Shown: positions 39,091-48,520 of the stretch, one piece after another
How the letters are laid out: each line of letters opens with the position of its first letter
How positions within the stretch are numbered: the first letter of the stretch is position 1
Sequence record: PQ287642.1
DNA length: 64,000 bases
Strand: one strand, 5' to 3'
Position numbers and translations under genes: made by a program
Notes under the pieces: model-generated
Databases searched by the model: none
The model's input: the letters and a program-made list of their open reading frames with translations, nothing else
Told to the model about the DNA's origin: nothing

Positions 39091-39762
39091 TCATCCCCTG
39101 CTAACGCCCCAGATGCGTTTACGTTGATCCAGAAGCAGAAAGGCATTCTGTGTAAGGACTAAATGGAAACGGCGCTTACAGAGCGAAGCAGCGATTGTTT
39201 CTACTACACCTTCAAAGTCAAGGTTAGTATCGATCGCAGTTTGCTCAGCTTTCGATTTACGACGATCAGATTCACGATAACGACATTTCCAAGTTGTAGT
39301 CGCAATTTCTGTACCACGTTTAACTTTAACTTGAGAACGATAGAATACTTCCAGCAGTTTAATAGCTAGTTGCTCAACATCTTCAAGGCGGTCATCTGCA
39401 TTGGATAGAGTTACGCACGAGCTAGCCATGTGTTCATGCGTATCAACACTATCATTCAGTGCACGCATGGTTGGATCAAAATCAAGTCGTTTAACAATGA
39501 TGTTAATCACATCGCCATCTCGTCTGATTTCAATACAGCGAATGAAATCAAACATATCGAATTCTTTTTCGATATTTCTCATCAATACGGCAAGTTTCTC
39601 AAGCGACTCTTCGTCATCTGTTCCAGAGTGCTTAGTTAAAGCAAATGTTAGATCCGACAGAATCGTCTGCGGATAACTAGTGGAGATCAGAAGACGTAGC
39701 AAAGATTCGCCACGGCATTTACGACCGGGTTTACCTGTCATCTGTTCAAGTACGGTTGTCAT
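39091..39762 (-). CDS. Hypothetical protein
   Basis: 223-aa ORF in operon. Confidence 0.7.
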   Translation of the reverse strand: MTTVLEQMTGKPGRKCRGESLLRLLISTSYPQTILSDLTFALTKHSGTDDEESLEKLAVLMRNIEKEFDMFDFIRCIEIRRDGDVINIIVKRLDFDPTMRALNDSVDTHEHMASSCVTLSNADDRLEDVEQLAIKLLEVFYRSQVKVKRGTEIATTTWKCRYRESDRRKSKAEQTAIDTNLDFEGVVETIAASLCKRRFHLVLTQNAFLLLDQRKRIWGVSRG

Positions 39763-39783
39763 TTCTATTTATCCAAAATGGTT

Positions 39784-40215
39784 TCATGTATAGCCATTCT
39801 TTTTAAACCAGTCCTCGCGTGTCGCCCTGGCATCGAATAGCGCATTATGCAAAAGTTTAGATCCTTTACCACTGAGACGATCATCGATATCAAAAGTCAA
39901 TGGTTGAATCATAATCCACTTCCCCTTCTCCCCTAATAGGGCTTTGTTAAAATAAATAACATCGTTGGGGTGGTTAACGATTATATTCATGCCAGCAAAT
40001 TGTGATACAAATTTCTCAAGGCGGATCTGGAATTCTTCAAACGAAATAGGATCTTTCTGAAGAATAGGAATGACGTTAGCCTTTACCCAGTCGTCTTGAA
40101 TATGCTTATGTTCGAGTACTTCATAGAACTCTCTGTTACCATCTTCGGAAACAATAGCAAGAGAAATTAAACTATCAGTTGGTACATCAAATTCAGCGTC
40201 ACAAAAGAATCTCAT
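39784..40215 (-). CDS. DEDDh-type 3'-5' exo(ribo)nuclease (Rv2179c-like)
   Basis: FFCDAEF, LISLAIV, WVKANVIP, HNALFDAR. Confidence 0.75.
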   Translation of the reverse strand: MRFFCDAEFDVPTDSLISLAIVSEDGNREFYEVLEHKHIQDDWVKANVIPILQKDPISFEEFQIRLEKFVSQFAGMNIIVNHPNDVIYFNKALLGEKGKWIMIQPLTFDIDDRLSGKGSKLLHNALFDARATREDWFKKNGYT

Positions 40216-40291
40216 AGGGAGTGAACCTTTACGATAAGGAAGTCATAAGAATAAGGGACTACACGAAATAAAAGGAGCCCGAAGGCTCCAG

Positions 40292-40780
40292 TTATTTTGA
40301 TAGACCACGGATATTACGAAGAATCTGACAACTAGCAATTATCTTACCACGAGATACCCTGGAATAATATCCTTGTGCCTCTAGATATTTCTTTGGATTA
40401 TCATCGGATAAAGCTTGCTCTAGAATAAATGTATCAATTCCGTAGTTAGTTAGTACAAACTGTGCCACCTCATGATCCCAACGTTTTGCAACGGTAGAAC
40501 TAGCTTTAAGATAAACATGAGCTGTTTGCTCAGAGTAACCTAAAGCTACTAACCACGCTATTCGACCAGCAGCATAGATAAGTCGAGTGCGTGTATTCGA
40601 TGGAACCGCCACAATATACCCTGTTCCGGGTGACCTCTGTTCCTCTACTGTTCTGATATTCCAGTCACCGATCATACGAGGGATCTGAGATAGATCATCT
40701 CCTTTACCGAAATACCCAATAGATAAACCTTTGGCAACTTGAGAGTCAATCTCAGTAGCAGTATTCTGACTAATAACCAT
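40292..40780 (-). CDS. Hypothetical protein
   Basis: GAGGGG RBS; terminator at 40274-40289. Confidence 0.7.
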   Translation of the reverse strand: MVISQNTATEIDSQVAKGLSIGYFGKGDDLSQIPRMIGDWNIRTVEEQRSPGTGYIVAVPSNTRTRLIYAAGRIAWLVALGYSEQTAHVYLKASSTVAKRWDHEVAQFVLTNYGIDTFILEQALSDDNPKKYLEAQGYYSRVSRGKIIASCQILRNIRGLSK

Positions 40781-40885
40781 CTTCCCCTCCTATAGGGGCC
40801 ACGGTCTCTTCCACAACACGAAAATATATATCCTTATACTTTCATCAGATAAGGCATAAAGCCCGCCCTAAGGCGAGCTATGCGT

Positions 40886-41248
40886 TTATACAGGGAGTTG
40901 TTGCAGGAAGTCAAACTGATATGCTAGTAGAATTACCCAAAGTACCTTACACCCAATATGAATCCATTGGTCAGTATGGAATCCAATTTTACCATCACAT
41001 TTCAGATAATCTGTGATACAATGGATAATTGTTTCAGCCGCCCCTAGAACAAAACTACCCGTTACTACGTATACCCAACCTCCATGGATAAGACCATGTG
41101 CTGGAAGAACGTAGGGCCAATAGGTCTTACCTAGTTCAGTAGTATGGTTCTTTGCAGCGGCCATAAAATCATTCTGTAGCGCGTAATCGCAAACAGCATG
41201 ACCGACGAGTAATACGAAGAGAAGTTCGATAAGGGAGAATATTTCCAT
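40886..41248 (-). CDS. DUF3307-like membrane protein
   Basis: GHAVCDYALQ, HGLIH, H.ITDYLKC, DQWIH His-rich TM pattern. Confidence 0.7.
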   Translation of the reverse strand: MEIFSLIELLFVLLVGHAVCDYALQNDFMAAAKNHTTELGKTYWPYVLPAHGLIHGGWVYVVTGSFVLGAAETIIHCITDYLKCDGKIGFHTDQWIHIGCKVLWVILLAYQFDFLQQLPV

Positions 41249-41315
41249 GGTGATGTTCCGGGCGGTGGGTATGAGGCTTTGTAGTCTTTGCTACATATGG
41301 TTACAACTTAAGTAT

Positions 41316-41798
41316 TTAACTGCGACGAACATTAAAACCAGAGATATTCTGACGTCTCCCTTGTCGACGTACTTCCAGATTACGCAATGTTTGTATACCA
41401 GAAATAGTTGGAGTAGGTGCCATTAAGTCATGTACCAAACGACCGAGCACTTCCTTCTGTTCTGGAATAAATTCAAAATGTTCATCTGGTGGAAGACCTT
41501 GACGAGAACCCTCTTGCCAAGCTTTATCAATCGGATGGATAATTCCATTTAAGCTACCGAATTCTAAGAATGGTACATCGGATGCAGTAGCATTATGTTC
41601 AGCTGCTAATCTACAAGCGCGACCGTGTGCTACGTATAGTTTAGCATCAGCTTCCCATGCGTGCATTTCACTAACATCGCGGACAATAACTTCACAACCG
41701 AGATCCTTCAGGAAAGAAGTAACCTCAGCGTAATACTTTTCAGATAGTTCAATTTTCCCAAATTTGGGACTACCCTTGATGACTACTACTTTAACCAT
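41316..41798 (-). CDS. Hypothetical protein with a flavodoxin-like or alpha/beta N-terminus
   Basis: VVVIKGSP start strand; function unclear. Confidence 0.6.
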   Translation of the reverse strand: MVKVVVIKGSPKFGKIELSEKYYAEVTSFLKDLGCEVIVRDVSEMHAWEADAKLYVAHGRACRLAAEHNATASDVPFLEFGSLNGIIHPIDKAWQEGSRQGLPPDEHFEFIPEQKEVLGRLVHDLMAPTPTISGIQTLRNLEVRRQGRRQNISGFNVRRS

Positions 41799-41885
41799 GA
41801 TCGTATCTCGAATGCTGGATTATAGGATTGAGAGCAAAAAAAGAAAGAAGGTATTGGAGTCCCCAAGGGGACTCCATTTATATTG

Positions 41886-42605
41886 TTATTTGATGCCATC
41901 GTAAATATCACGTCGCGCGGGGTTGATACCAGCTACTTGAGATTTACGGTTATCGATGTAACAAAGATACTCGTCACATGTTGCAGTCTTAACAAAGGGA
42001 ACCAATTGAGCCAGCTCTAGTAGAGTCCACTCTTTCCCAAGATAGTTACAGCGCTCCATCTCTACATTACAATACACATTGTAAAGTGCTTCAGTAAAAC
42101 GTAAATCTAGAGTTTCACCATCTGCTTTCTTATCGTTGTATTTGGAAGGCAGAAGATCACGAATTGGGAACTCATGTTTCAATGACCCATTACCAAATTT
42201 AATAGCGGTGAATGAGTTATTAACCATGGTTAAGTAATAACCACGAGGAAGTTCCCAATAGGTAGTACCCGAATGTCCACGTACTACACCAACGAGCTGT
42301 CCGTATGCATCCCGACAATATTCATCAATGCATACTACTTCTACATTACCATTAGTTACATAGCTGTAGATCTCAGTAGGTTTAGAGCGACGCGTAACGG
42401 CTACTGTGATCTCATCTGGCCATGTCTTCCATCCACACACCCCATGGCGTGAGTCATTGTTAAAGAAACAAGGTGCAACTTTTGGAGTGAAGGTAGAAAA
42501 GAATAAAGGTGTTTGTGCGTATATCAGCGGGTCTTTCACTTCTTGGCCAAACACAGTGCATGCAAATGACATTAGAAAGAGGGCAATAATCTTGGTAAAG
42601 CGCAT
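41886..42605 (-). CDS. Predicted exported Cys-rich protein
   Basis: Signal peptide MRFTKIIALFLMSFACTVFG; several CxxxxC pairs. Confidence 0.7.
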   Translation of the reverse strand: MRFTKIIALFLMSFACTVFGQEVKDPLIYAQTPLFFSTFTPKVAPCFFNNDSRHGVCGWKTWPDEITVAVTRRSKPTEIYSYVTNGNVEVVCIDEYCRDAYGQLVGVVRGHSGTTYWELPRGYYLTMVNNSFTAIKFGNGSLKHEFPIRDLLPSKYNDKKADGETLDLRFTEALYNVYCNVEMERCNYLGKEWTLLELAQLVPFVKTATCDEYLCYIDNRKSQVAGINPARRDIYDGIK

Positions 42606-42664
42606 TTGAAGTTTCCTCTTGATAACATAAAGAGGCTCCCGAAGGAGCCTCCTGTGTTTACAAC

Positions 42665-42898
42665 TTAAGGAGCAAGTTGGTAGTACTTACCAAACTCTGC
42701 ACGAGGTAGGGAGAAACCATCCTGACGGTCACCCATGCGTTTCAGATAGATCTTGTTGGTTTTAACTTTATCCAACGTGACAGCGGTGGTAATACCGTTG
42801 CGCTTAACGATGAATGTACGACCGATATAGTCGGACAGAGTATCGTCGATTTCCGATGCTTGGATGTAACGTTTCACAGAGAGAGTCTCAGACATCAT
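42665..42898 (-). CDS. Small SH3-like hypothetical protein
   Basis: AAGGA RBS; beta-rich 77 aa. Confidence 0.6.
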   Translation of the reverse strand: MMSETLSVKRYIQASEIDDTLSDYIGRTFIVKRNGITTAVTLDKVKTNKIYLKRMGDRQDGFSLPRAEFGKYYQLAP

Positions 42899-42906
42899 GT
42901 TTCCTT

Positions 42907-43974
42907 TTATTCTGCTACAGCGGTTTCAGGTTCAACCGGCTCGTCTTTGTTGATCAGATCTTTCCAGTCTTGCAGACGTTCATGGAAGTGGAACAGAGAA
43001 TGGATTTCGCGGTTCAACTCACCAACACGCGCTGGATGGAAGATAGTCTCGTCATTGGTCTTTTCGAAGATCTTACGTACAATCTTCTTGGCCAGGTCTT
43101 TGTAATACGGCAGGAGTTCTTCTCGACCCAAAATCACCTCTTTGATAATTTGGGTTTCAGCGTATTGCTCCAGTGCCACTTCCAGATCAAAGACAGCCGG
43201 TTCAACAGGTTCTTCATCAACAGAAGATTGTTGTACAACATCGCTGCTTTCATCGTGCTCTTCACCAGGGATAGTTTCCGGAGGAAGATGGCCGCTATTC
43301 TCGGTTTTCTCTTCAAGCTCATCTTTAGCTCGCAGAGCTTCGTGGGCTTGAACAGTTTCAATGATGAATTGAACTTGTTCATCAATGGGAGCCGTGCCGT
43401 CAATTACCTTAGTCGAAGGACTAAACTTAATCTGAGCGTATGCGTTGTTAACACGAGTTTGGTAAACTTCGTCATCTTCATAACGATCCAGAGAACGACC
43501 ACTGTTAACCATACGTTCTTTCCGTACTTCCTCAGGAGTTTCCAGATAGAAGCACAGCGGTTCAGGAACACCATCACCGATAACATGCGGCATTACACCC
43601 ATGAACAGATCTGCCAGATTCGGATTGGTGTCCAGATAAGGAGCTACGTTCAAGCACCAAGTAGAGAAAACAAAGCGATCAGATACAACCCATTTACCTT
43701 CATTCAGAGATGGCTTGACGATATTCTGGATATTCTGTCGGCGATATGCCATATGCAGGAAAATATCTGAAACTGGGTCAATCTTTTCTTCACGATGTTT
43801 CAATAGAACAGTGCGAATCTCTTCAGCCATTTCCGTTCCACCCGGTTCACGAAGAGCCACGTGGTCGATACCATCAGCTTTGAGTCGTTCAATAAGAGCA
43901 CGATGCAGCGTCGATTTACCGGAGAACTCGGGGCCTTCCAGTACGATGAAATTACGGCTAGCAGATTTGGTCAT
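42907..43974 (-). CDS. tmk: Thymidylate kinase with long C-terminal extension
   Basis: FIVLEGPEFSGKST, REPGGT, VVSDRF; about 150 extra aa including an acidic linker. Confidence 0.9.
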   Translation of the reverse strand: MTKSASRNFIVLEGPEFSGKSTLHRALIERLKADGIDHVALREPGGTEMAEEIRTVLLKHREEKIDPVSDIFLHMAYRRQNIQNIVKPSLNEGKWVVSDRFVFSTWCLNVAPYLDTNPNLADLFMGVMPHVIGDGVPEPLCFYLETPEEVRKERMVNSGRSLDRYEDDEVYQTRVNNAYAQIKFSPSTKVIDGTAPIDEQVQFIIETVQAHEALRAKDELEEKTENSGHLPPETIPGEEHDESSDVVQQSSVDEEPVEPAVFDLEVALEQYAETQIIKEVILGREELLPYYKDLAKKIVRKIFEKTNDETIFHPARVGELNREIHSLFHFHERLQDWKDLINKDEPVEPETAVAE

Positions 43975-44038
43975 CTTGTTTCCTGTATTTACATAAAAAT
44001 TAATTAGATGGAAAGGGGCTCCGTAGAGCCCCATTCGA

Positions 44039-44458
44039 TCAGGTATTTACTTCTTCGAACAGCTGGTTGATGTGAGCGCAAACACGCTTCATCTCAGCCG
44101 AGTTAGTCTTGGTCGATACGGTAACAACACTATGGTCTTTACCATCACGACTAAAGATACCAGCTACCTGAGAGTTGGTGGTACCCATATTGTAGTTAAA
44201 GCCGATCTCAGAAAGATCCGGATTTTCTTTCATGCGTGCTGCGGCTTGTTCACCAGCAACAAGAGTAACACCGGCCAGAAGTTCACCTTCCAGTCGTTCT
44301 TTCTTCTTCAGTTGCTCAAGGCTGATACCGGCGCCACCCAGAACCACCGATTCATAGAGATCGTTCGGGATGTCGAAGGTATTGGCTTCACCGAGAATCA
44401 CCTTCTCGCGGAGTTTGTGTTCTTCGATGAATGCAAAGCTCTTCAGATCTTTAGACAT
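44039..44458 (-). CDS. Hypothetical protein
   Basis: AAGGA RBS; terminator-like hairpin 44015-44032. Confidence 0.7.
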   Translation of the reverse strand: MSKDLKSFAFIEEHKLREKVILGEANTFDIPNDLYESVVLGGAGISLEQLKKKERLEGELLAGVTLVAGEQAAARMKENPDLSEIGFNYNMGTTNSQVAGIFSRDGKDHSVVTVSTKTNSAEMKRVCAHINQLFEEVNT

Positions 44459-44522
44459 GTGAGTATTTCCTTGTGAAAGTTTGATGTGTTAATTATGATT
44501 TTGAGGTGCGGTTCGGAACAAC

Positions 44523-44723
44523 CTACTCTGCTGTAAGTTCCTTACGATCATGAGAGGCTGTAAGAGAAGCCATCGTATTACGCTCATCGAAGATACGCCT
44601 GGACATTGCAACCAGTTCTCCAAGTCGAGGTAGAGGCATCATACGCATGTCCGATTCATCGAACTTAGCTCCACCAGCACGACAAGGAGTTTCCCAACAG
44701 CAGGAGCAATCAGAGAGAGCCAT
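44523..44723 (-). CDS. Small Cys-motif protein (SDCxxCWETPC)
   Basis: AGGA RBS; possible metal-binding motif. Confidence 0.55.
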   Translation of the reverse strand: MALSDCSCCWETPCRAGGAKFDESDMRMMPLPRLGELVAMSRRIFDERNTMASLTASHDRKELTAE

Positions 44724-44732
44724 AACGATTCC

Positions 44733-45227
44733 TTAGGTCATACGCGCCGGAATACCGAAACGAGTAATCAACTTAACCGGTTGATTTTCTTTTTCCATTA
44801 TCTCCACATCTACACCAACGTAACCGTCGTATTGCAGACGTTCGTAAACACTCTGGGTAATCAACGGCCAGAATTTCTTATCGGCTCCAAATAGAGTCTC
44901 GATATGGAAAACCAGTCGACCATTGTTACCAGTTTCCCAGTTATCGGGCTCAGCAAGGGCCTTACCGATTTTGGACATGATGCCTTCAAGCATCTTGTAG
45001 AAACCTGGAATAGTTGCACGAAGGAGACGAGTAGACTCGGACGAATGAGGCATACTGCGGATGCCTTCCTCGATATGTTCTACCTTGGCTTTACCACCCG
45101 TACCGACAGCATAGTCGATCTGTTCTTTCAGGGTGCTACCCATGGTAGTATGTACACGCGTATTGCCTTCAGTATCACTGACCACGTAAGTATAAGGTTT
45201 ATTGTGGTCGATGTTCTGTTCTTTCAT
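44733..45227 (-). CDS. Hypothetical protein
   Basis: GAAGG RBS; downstream of an early promoter. Confidence 0.7.
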   Translation of the reverse strand: MKEQNIDHNKPYTYVVSDTEGNTRVHTTMGSTLKEQIDYAVGTGGKAKVEHIEEGIRSMPHSSESTRLLRATIPGFYKMLEGIMSKIGKALAEPDNWETGNNGRLVFHIETLFGADKKFWPLITQSVYERLQYDGYVGVDVEIMEKENQPVKLITRFGIPARMT

Positions 45228-45347
45228 TTTTTATTACCTTCTGTTAAAGGAATTAACTTGTTGTTCATGGTATCGTTTTCACAAATGAATAATCTGTTAG
45301 CTGTTACATGGTAATACCCTCAAGATGTTAATCTCTAATGCATACCT

Positions 45348-45372
45348 GTGATATAGATTTGAAATTATTTTT
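45348..45372 (-). promoter_or_regulatory. Early promoter (AAAAATAATTTCAAATCTATATCAC)
   Basis: Near-identical to the motif at 399-424. Confidence 0.65.
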
Positions 45373-45385
45373 AATGGAACATAAA

Positions 45386-45403
45386 GCCTCCCCGAAGGGA
45401 GGC
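45386..45403 (-). terminator. Intrinsic terminator ending the late operon
   Basis: GCCTCCC-TTCG-GGGAGGC followed by TTTATGTT. Confidence 0.85.
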
Positions 45404-45410
45404 GTTTATA

Positions 45411-45992
45411 TCAGTTACCTTCGTAGGTACCTTCAGTGCCTTGTGCTTGACGGCGCTCCAATCGAGCACGAATCAGTTCACGAGCAGCGTTCATATGGAA
45501 CAGTGCTTTGGCATTTTCTTCACAGGCAAACTTACCCGATTGGAAACCTTCGAATACAATGATCGAAGCAGTCAGCAGATCTTCAACAGTTACCCCGTTA
45601 ATACCAACTTCAGGGATTACTCCGTTTTGAAGCAGGATAACCAGTTCGAGTTTATTATCACTCGGTTCAGCAGCTTTGTTTGTAGATGCATCGAAACCAG
45701 AGATCACAATACGTTTTGGTGCGCCAGACATTTCATCGACACCATAGGCATCAATAGTCTTACCACCGGAACTACCGGATACCTGACCATCTTCTAGTTG
45801 TTCAACGGAGATATCTACCGTAGTACTAGCCTTAACATCATCCGGTTGGGATTCAGCATTAGCATTATCCACATCCAGATTACCTTGGTCGAGATCTTTA
45901 ACCTCAGTTTCAGATTCGACATTACTAGCATCTACCGGTTGGGCGACACCATCTTGGCTCTCTACACTAAGAGCCCAGTCCAGACCTTTCAT
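45411..45992 (-). CDS. tad1: Tad1-like immune-signal sponge with acidic N-terminal extension
   Basis: C-terminal QNG...GV..EDLL...FQ.G.F...EN..AL.H...A......R...R...EGT matches the recalled Tad1 consensus. Confidence 0.75.
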   Translation of the reverse strand: MKGLDWALSVESQDGVAQPVDASNVESETEVKDLDQGNLDVDNANAESQPDDVKASTTVDISVEQLEDGQVSGSSGGKTIDAYGVDEMSGAPKRIVISGFDASTNKAAEPSDNKLELVILLQNGVIPEVGINGVTVEDLLTASIIVFEGFQSGKFACEENAKALFHMNAARELIRARLERRQAQGTEGTYEGN

Positions 45993-46001
45993 CAGTTCAC
46001 C

Positions 46002-46472
46002 TTAAGAGTAGCGGACTTTAACAATTTGCAGAAGCAGTTCTACAGCGTAGTTACCATCAGCCTTAGCGATACCCGGCATTTGTGCACGAATAGCGACCAT
46101 GGCAGCAGCCTTACGCTTCAGAATATTACGTTCTTTGCTGTTCTCTACTTCGGCTACACTGCCGATCAGTGCATTGACTGCGATGTTCTCAATGGAAGAG
46201 TTGATACGAGCACCAGCAGTATATTTGCGAACAAGTTTACGAAGCTCAGCTTCCAGGTTCTGACCACGGTACTGTTCAGCTTCCAGATAACCAGAAGCCA
46301 GTTCGGCGAAGTTACGAACACCGGACTTACCAACCAGCAGATTGGTCAGAGTATCTACCGGAAGAGTCGACGCGAGTTGAGCCAGGTCATTACCTTTGAT
46401 CTCAGAGCGAGCCAGTTCCAGTACGGATTCAACACCAAGGAGTTTCAGAGCGATTTTGCGAACGATAGACAT
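46002..46472 (-). CDS. Hypothetical protein
   Basis: Start MSIVRK; late operon position. Confidence 0.65.
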   Translation of the reverse strand: MSIVRKIALKLLGVESVLELARSEIKGNDLAQLASTLPVDTLTNLLVGKSGVRNFAELASGYLEAEQYRGQNLEAELRKLVRKYTAGARINSSIENIAVNALIGSVAEVENSKERNILKRKAAAMVAIRAQMPGIAKADGNYAVELLLQIVKVRYS

Positions 46473-46488
46473 TATTGCGTTTCCTATA

Positions 46489-48465
46489 TTAAAAGCGATC
46501 AGAAGTTTGAGCGAAGGTAGAGACCGTACGGGCGACCTCACCATCGAGAACCCAAGACATTAGGTTCGAAGGACTACGCCAAGACTTGAAGCTTTGAACT
46601 GCACGAGTCAGGTTAAGATTCAAACGTTTACCAGCGTAATAGAAATCTGCCCAGGATTGTGACGTTAGAGTCGACACGTAATCTTGGAACAGACTTTGTT
46701 CATCCCACACCGCTCCATCAGTAAGAGCTAGCGCAGTAGCAATACCACCATCACCTGCAACGGCTTCACCGGCTGTAGCCGAAATAGCACGACCAGCAGT
46801 ACCCAACCAACTCGGACTAGCAAAGCCAGCCTTCAGTGGGATATGCATTAGCTTAGATAGATCTTTAACACTGAAGGTTACTTCACAACCAAGCATTTCG
46901 TGTTCAGCGTTCCAACCAACGTTACCGACACCGCGACGGATCTGAATGCTATCCACGATCCCCAGTTGTCTCTGTACTCGACCTTTATGGAAAATTTGAC
47001 AGATGAACGGAGAGGTGTAAGCACTTCGACCAGCTGACCTTGGTAATCCCATTGGGAGAATCATGGCTAGTGGTACGTATATGTTCATGAACCTGGATAT
47101 TTTATTTCCATAAGGGGAGATCAATTGAACAGTATACGAAGCAGATGGTAAAGAAGCCATCGCTGATTCCCAGTACTCTGGTGCATCTACGAAAGCCGCG
47201 CCTGCTAATGTCTCAAGTCCAGATAAGTTAACAGAGTCTAGTGCTCCGGAAATAAATCCTTTAAGCATGTCTGTAACCGCACCAACGCCTTCCGTGATGT
47301 TACCACCCATGAAGTCGAACGATGCAGCTCGACCTTCCCCTACCTTCGTATTCAGTGTTTGTACAACACCTACATCTCGTGTAGTGTTAGTAAAGGATTC
47401 AGATACTTCACCATTATAGTCAACACGGAATGTAACGAACTGAGAACCGTCGCGCTGTGCACCTACAACGAAGTCATATACGTTCTTCAATTCACCCCAA
47501 CTGCTAAAACTCTCGGTATCAATAACACCATTCTTTTCGGATGGTTTCTTATCAGCTTCCAGATACTTCAAGAAATAGTCACGTGCGTCAGCGCCTGGTT
47601 TAGGGTCTGTTACAGCTTTGGCCATTTCAGATTCAATACCAGCCCGAAGTTCGGCAAGGGTACGCGCCTTCTCTGCCATTGCACGCATTGATTTTTGAGC
47701 TTGGTCCGACATACGTTGCGTACGTCCAGCCAAAGACATTACATCGACGCCACCATCTGGACGGAAGAAACCTGGGAAGATTTCGTGCATACGTCTAACA
47801 TCATCTAATCCTACTCGATGACCTGGGTCTTCTAGAGGACGTTGAGAATCATCGAGAATACGCGGGACCATACCCATAGCGATAGCGAACTCGTTAGCTA
47901 GCGTATTCACAGACGACCAGTATGCATGCATAGTCGGTTTAAAATAGAACCACTTCGATGGTTGTGATTTAGTCAAGAAACTAATAACACGAGATACGCC
48001 AGTTACCCCAAGAATAAATGGTTGTAGCGGTAGAGTGATGAAATAACCAGTCACGTTACCTAAGTTATACCAAAGGTCAGATGTAACACCAGTATTAGCT
48101 AGGCCCGCTGCCGAACGATCATAGAAGTTCGTAAAGAACGAGGTCCAGCTTGAATAACGTGGAACACCAAACGACATATGGACTTCTTGTTTAGTATCGT
48201 CGTGTGCTTCTGAATAGTAACGACCCATACCTAAGAAACGATCTTCGTAGGTGCGGCCTCGACCAGGCTGACGAATATCAGCATAGCGTGTGTATTGTGG
48301 GAGAGGGTTGATAGCAAAACTACCACCCAGCGACGTATTTGTAAATTTGAAAGCAGCCGAGTTAGCATAACGCCGTTTGGTCTGAGAACCATACGAGTTC
48401 TTATTGTCATTAATAGGCAATAAGAAAGCTTGGCGCAACCAAATAGGCTTAACATCTGTTGCCAT
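46489..48465 (-). CDS. Virion structural protein (baseplate-type, phiKZ gp182 position)
   Basis: 658 aa, directly downstream of the gp181-like gene; synteny. Confidence 0.65.
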   Translation of the reverse strand: MATDVKPIWLRQAFLLPINDNKNSYGSQTKRRYANSAAFKFTNTSLGGSFAINPLPQYTRYADIRQPGRGRTYEDRFLGMGRYYSEAHDDTKQEVHMSFGVPRYSSWTSFFTNFYDRSAAGLANTGVTSDLWYNLGNVTGYFITLPLQPFILGVTGVSRVISFLTKSQPSKWFYFKPTMHAYWSSVNTLANEFAIAMGMVPRILDDSQRPLEDPGHRVGLDDVRRMHEIFPGFFRPDGGVDVMSLAGRTQRMSDQAQKSMRAMAEKARTLAELRAGIESEMAKAVTDPKPGADARDYFLKYLEADKKPSEKNGVIDTESFSSWGELKNVYDFVVGAQRDGSQFVTFRVDYNGEVSESFTNTTRDVGVVQTLNTKVGEGRAASFDFMGGNITEGVGAVTDMLKGFISGALDSVNLSGLETLAGAAFVDAPEYWESAMASLPSASYTVQLISPYGNKISRFMNIYVPLAMILPMGLPRSAGRSAYTSPFICQIFHKGRVQRQLGIVDSIQIRRGVGNVGWNAEHEMLGCEVTFSVKDLSKLMHIPLKAGFASPSWLGTAGRAISATAGEAVAGDGGIATALALTDGAVWDEQSLFQDYVSTLTSQSWADFYYAGKRLNLNLTRAVQSFKSWRSPSNLMSWVLDGEVARTVSTFAQTSDRF

Positions 48466-48494
48466 TTTGATTTCCCTTCTTAACGGAAAATAAA

Positions 48495-48512
48495 GCCTCC
48501 CCGAAGGGAGGC
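48495..48512 (-). terminator. Intrinsic terminator
   Basis: GCCTCCC-TTCG-GGGAGGC followed by TTTATTTT. Confidence 0.85.
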
Positions 48513-48520
48513 TCCATTGA

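Noticed and set aside
41316-41798. Alpha/beta hydrolase
   Set aside because: The nucleophile elbow reads AHGRA and has no catalytic Ser
42814-43770. 318-aa plus-strand ORF
   Set aside because: Antisense shadow of tmk
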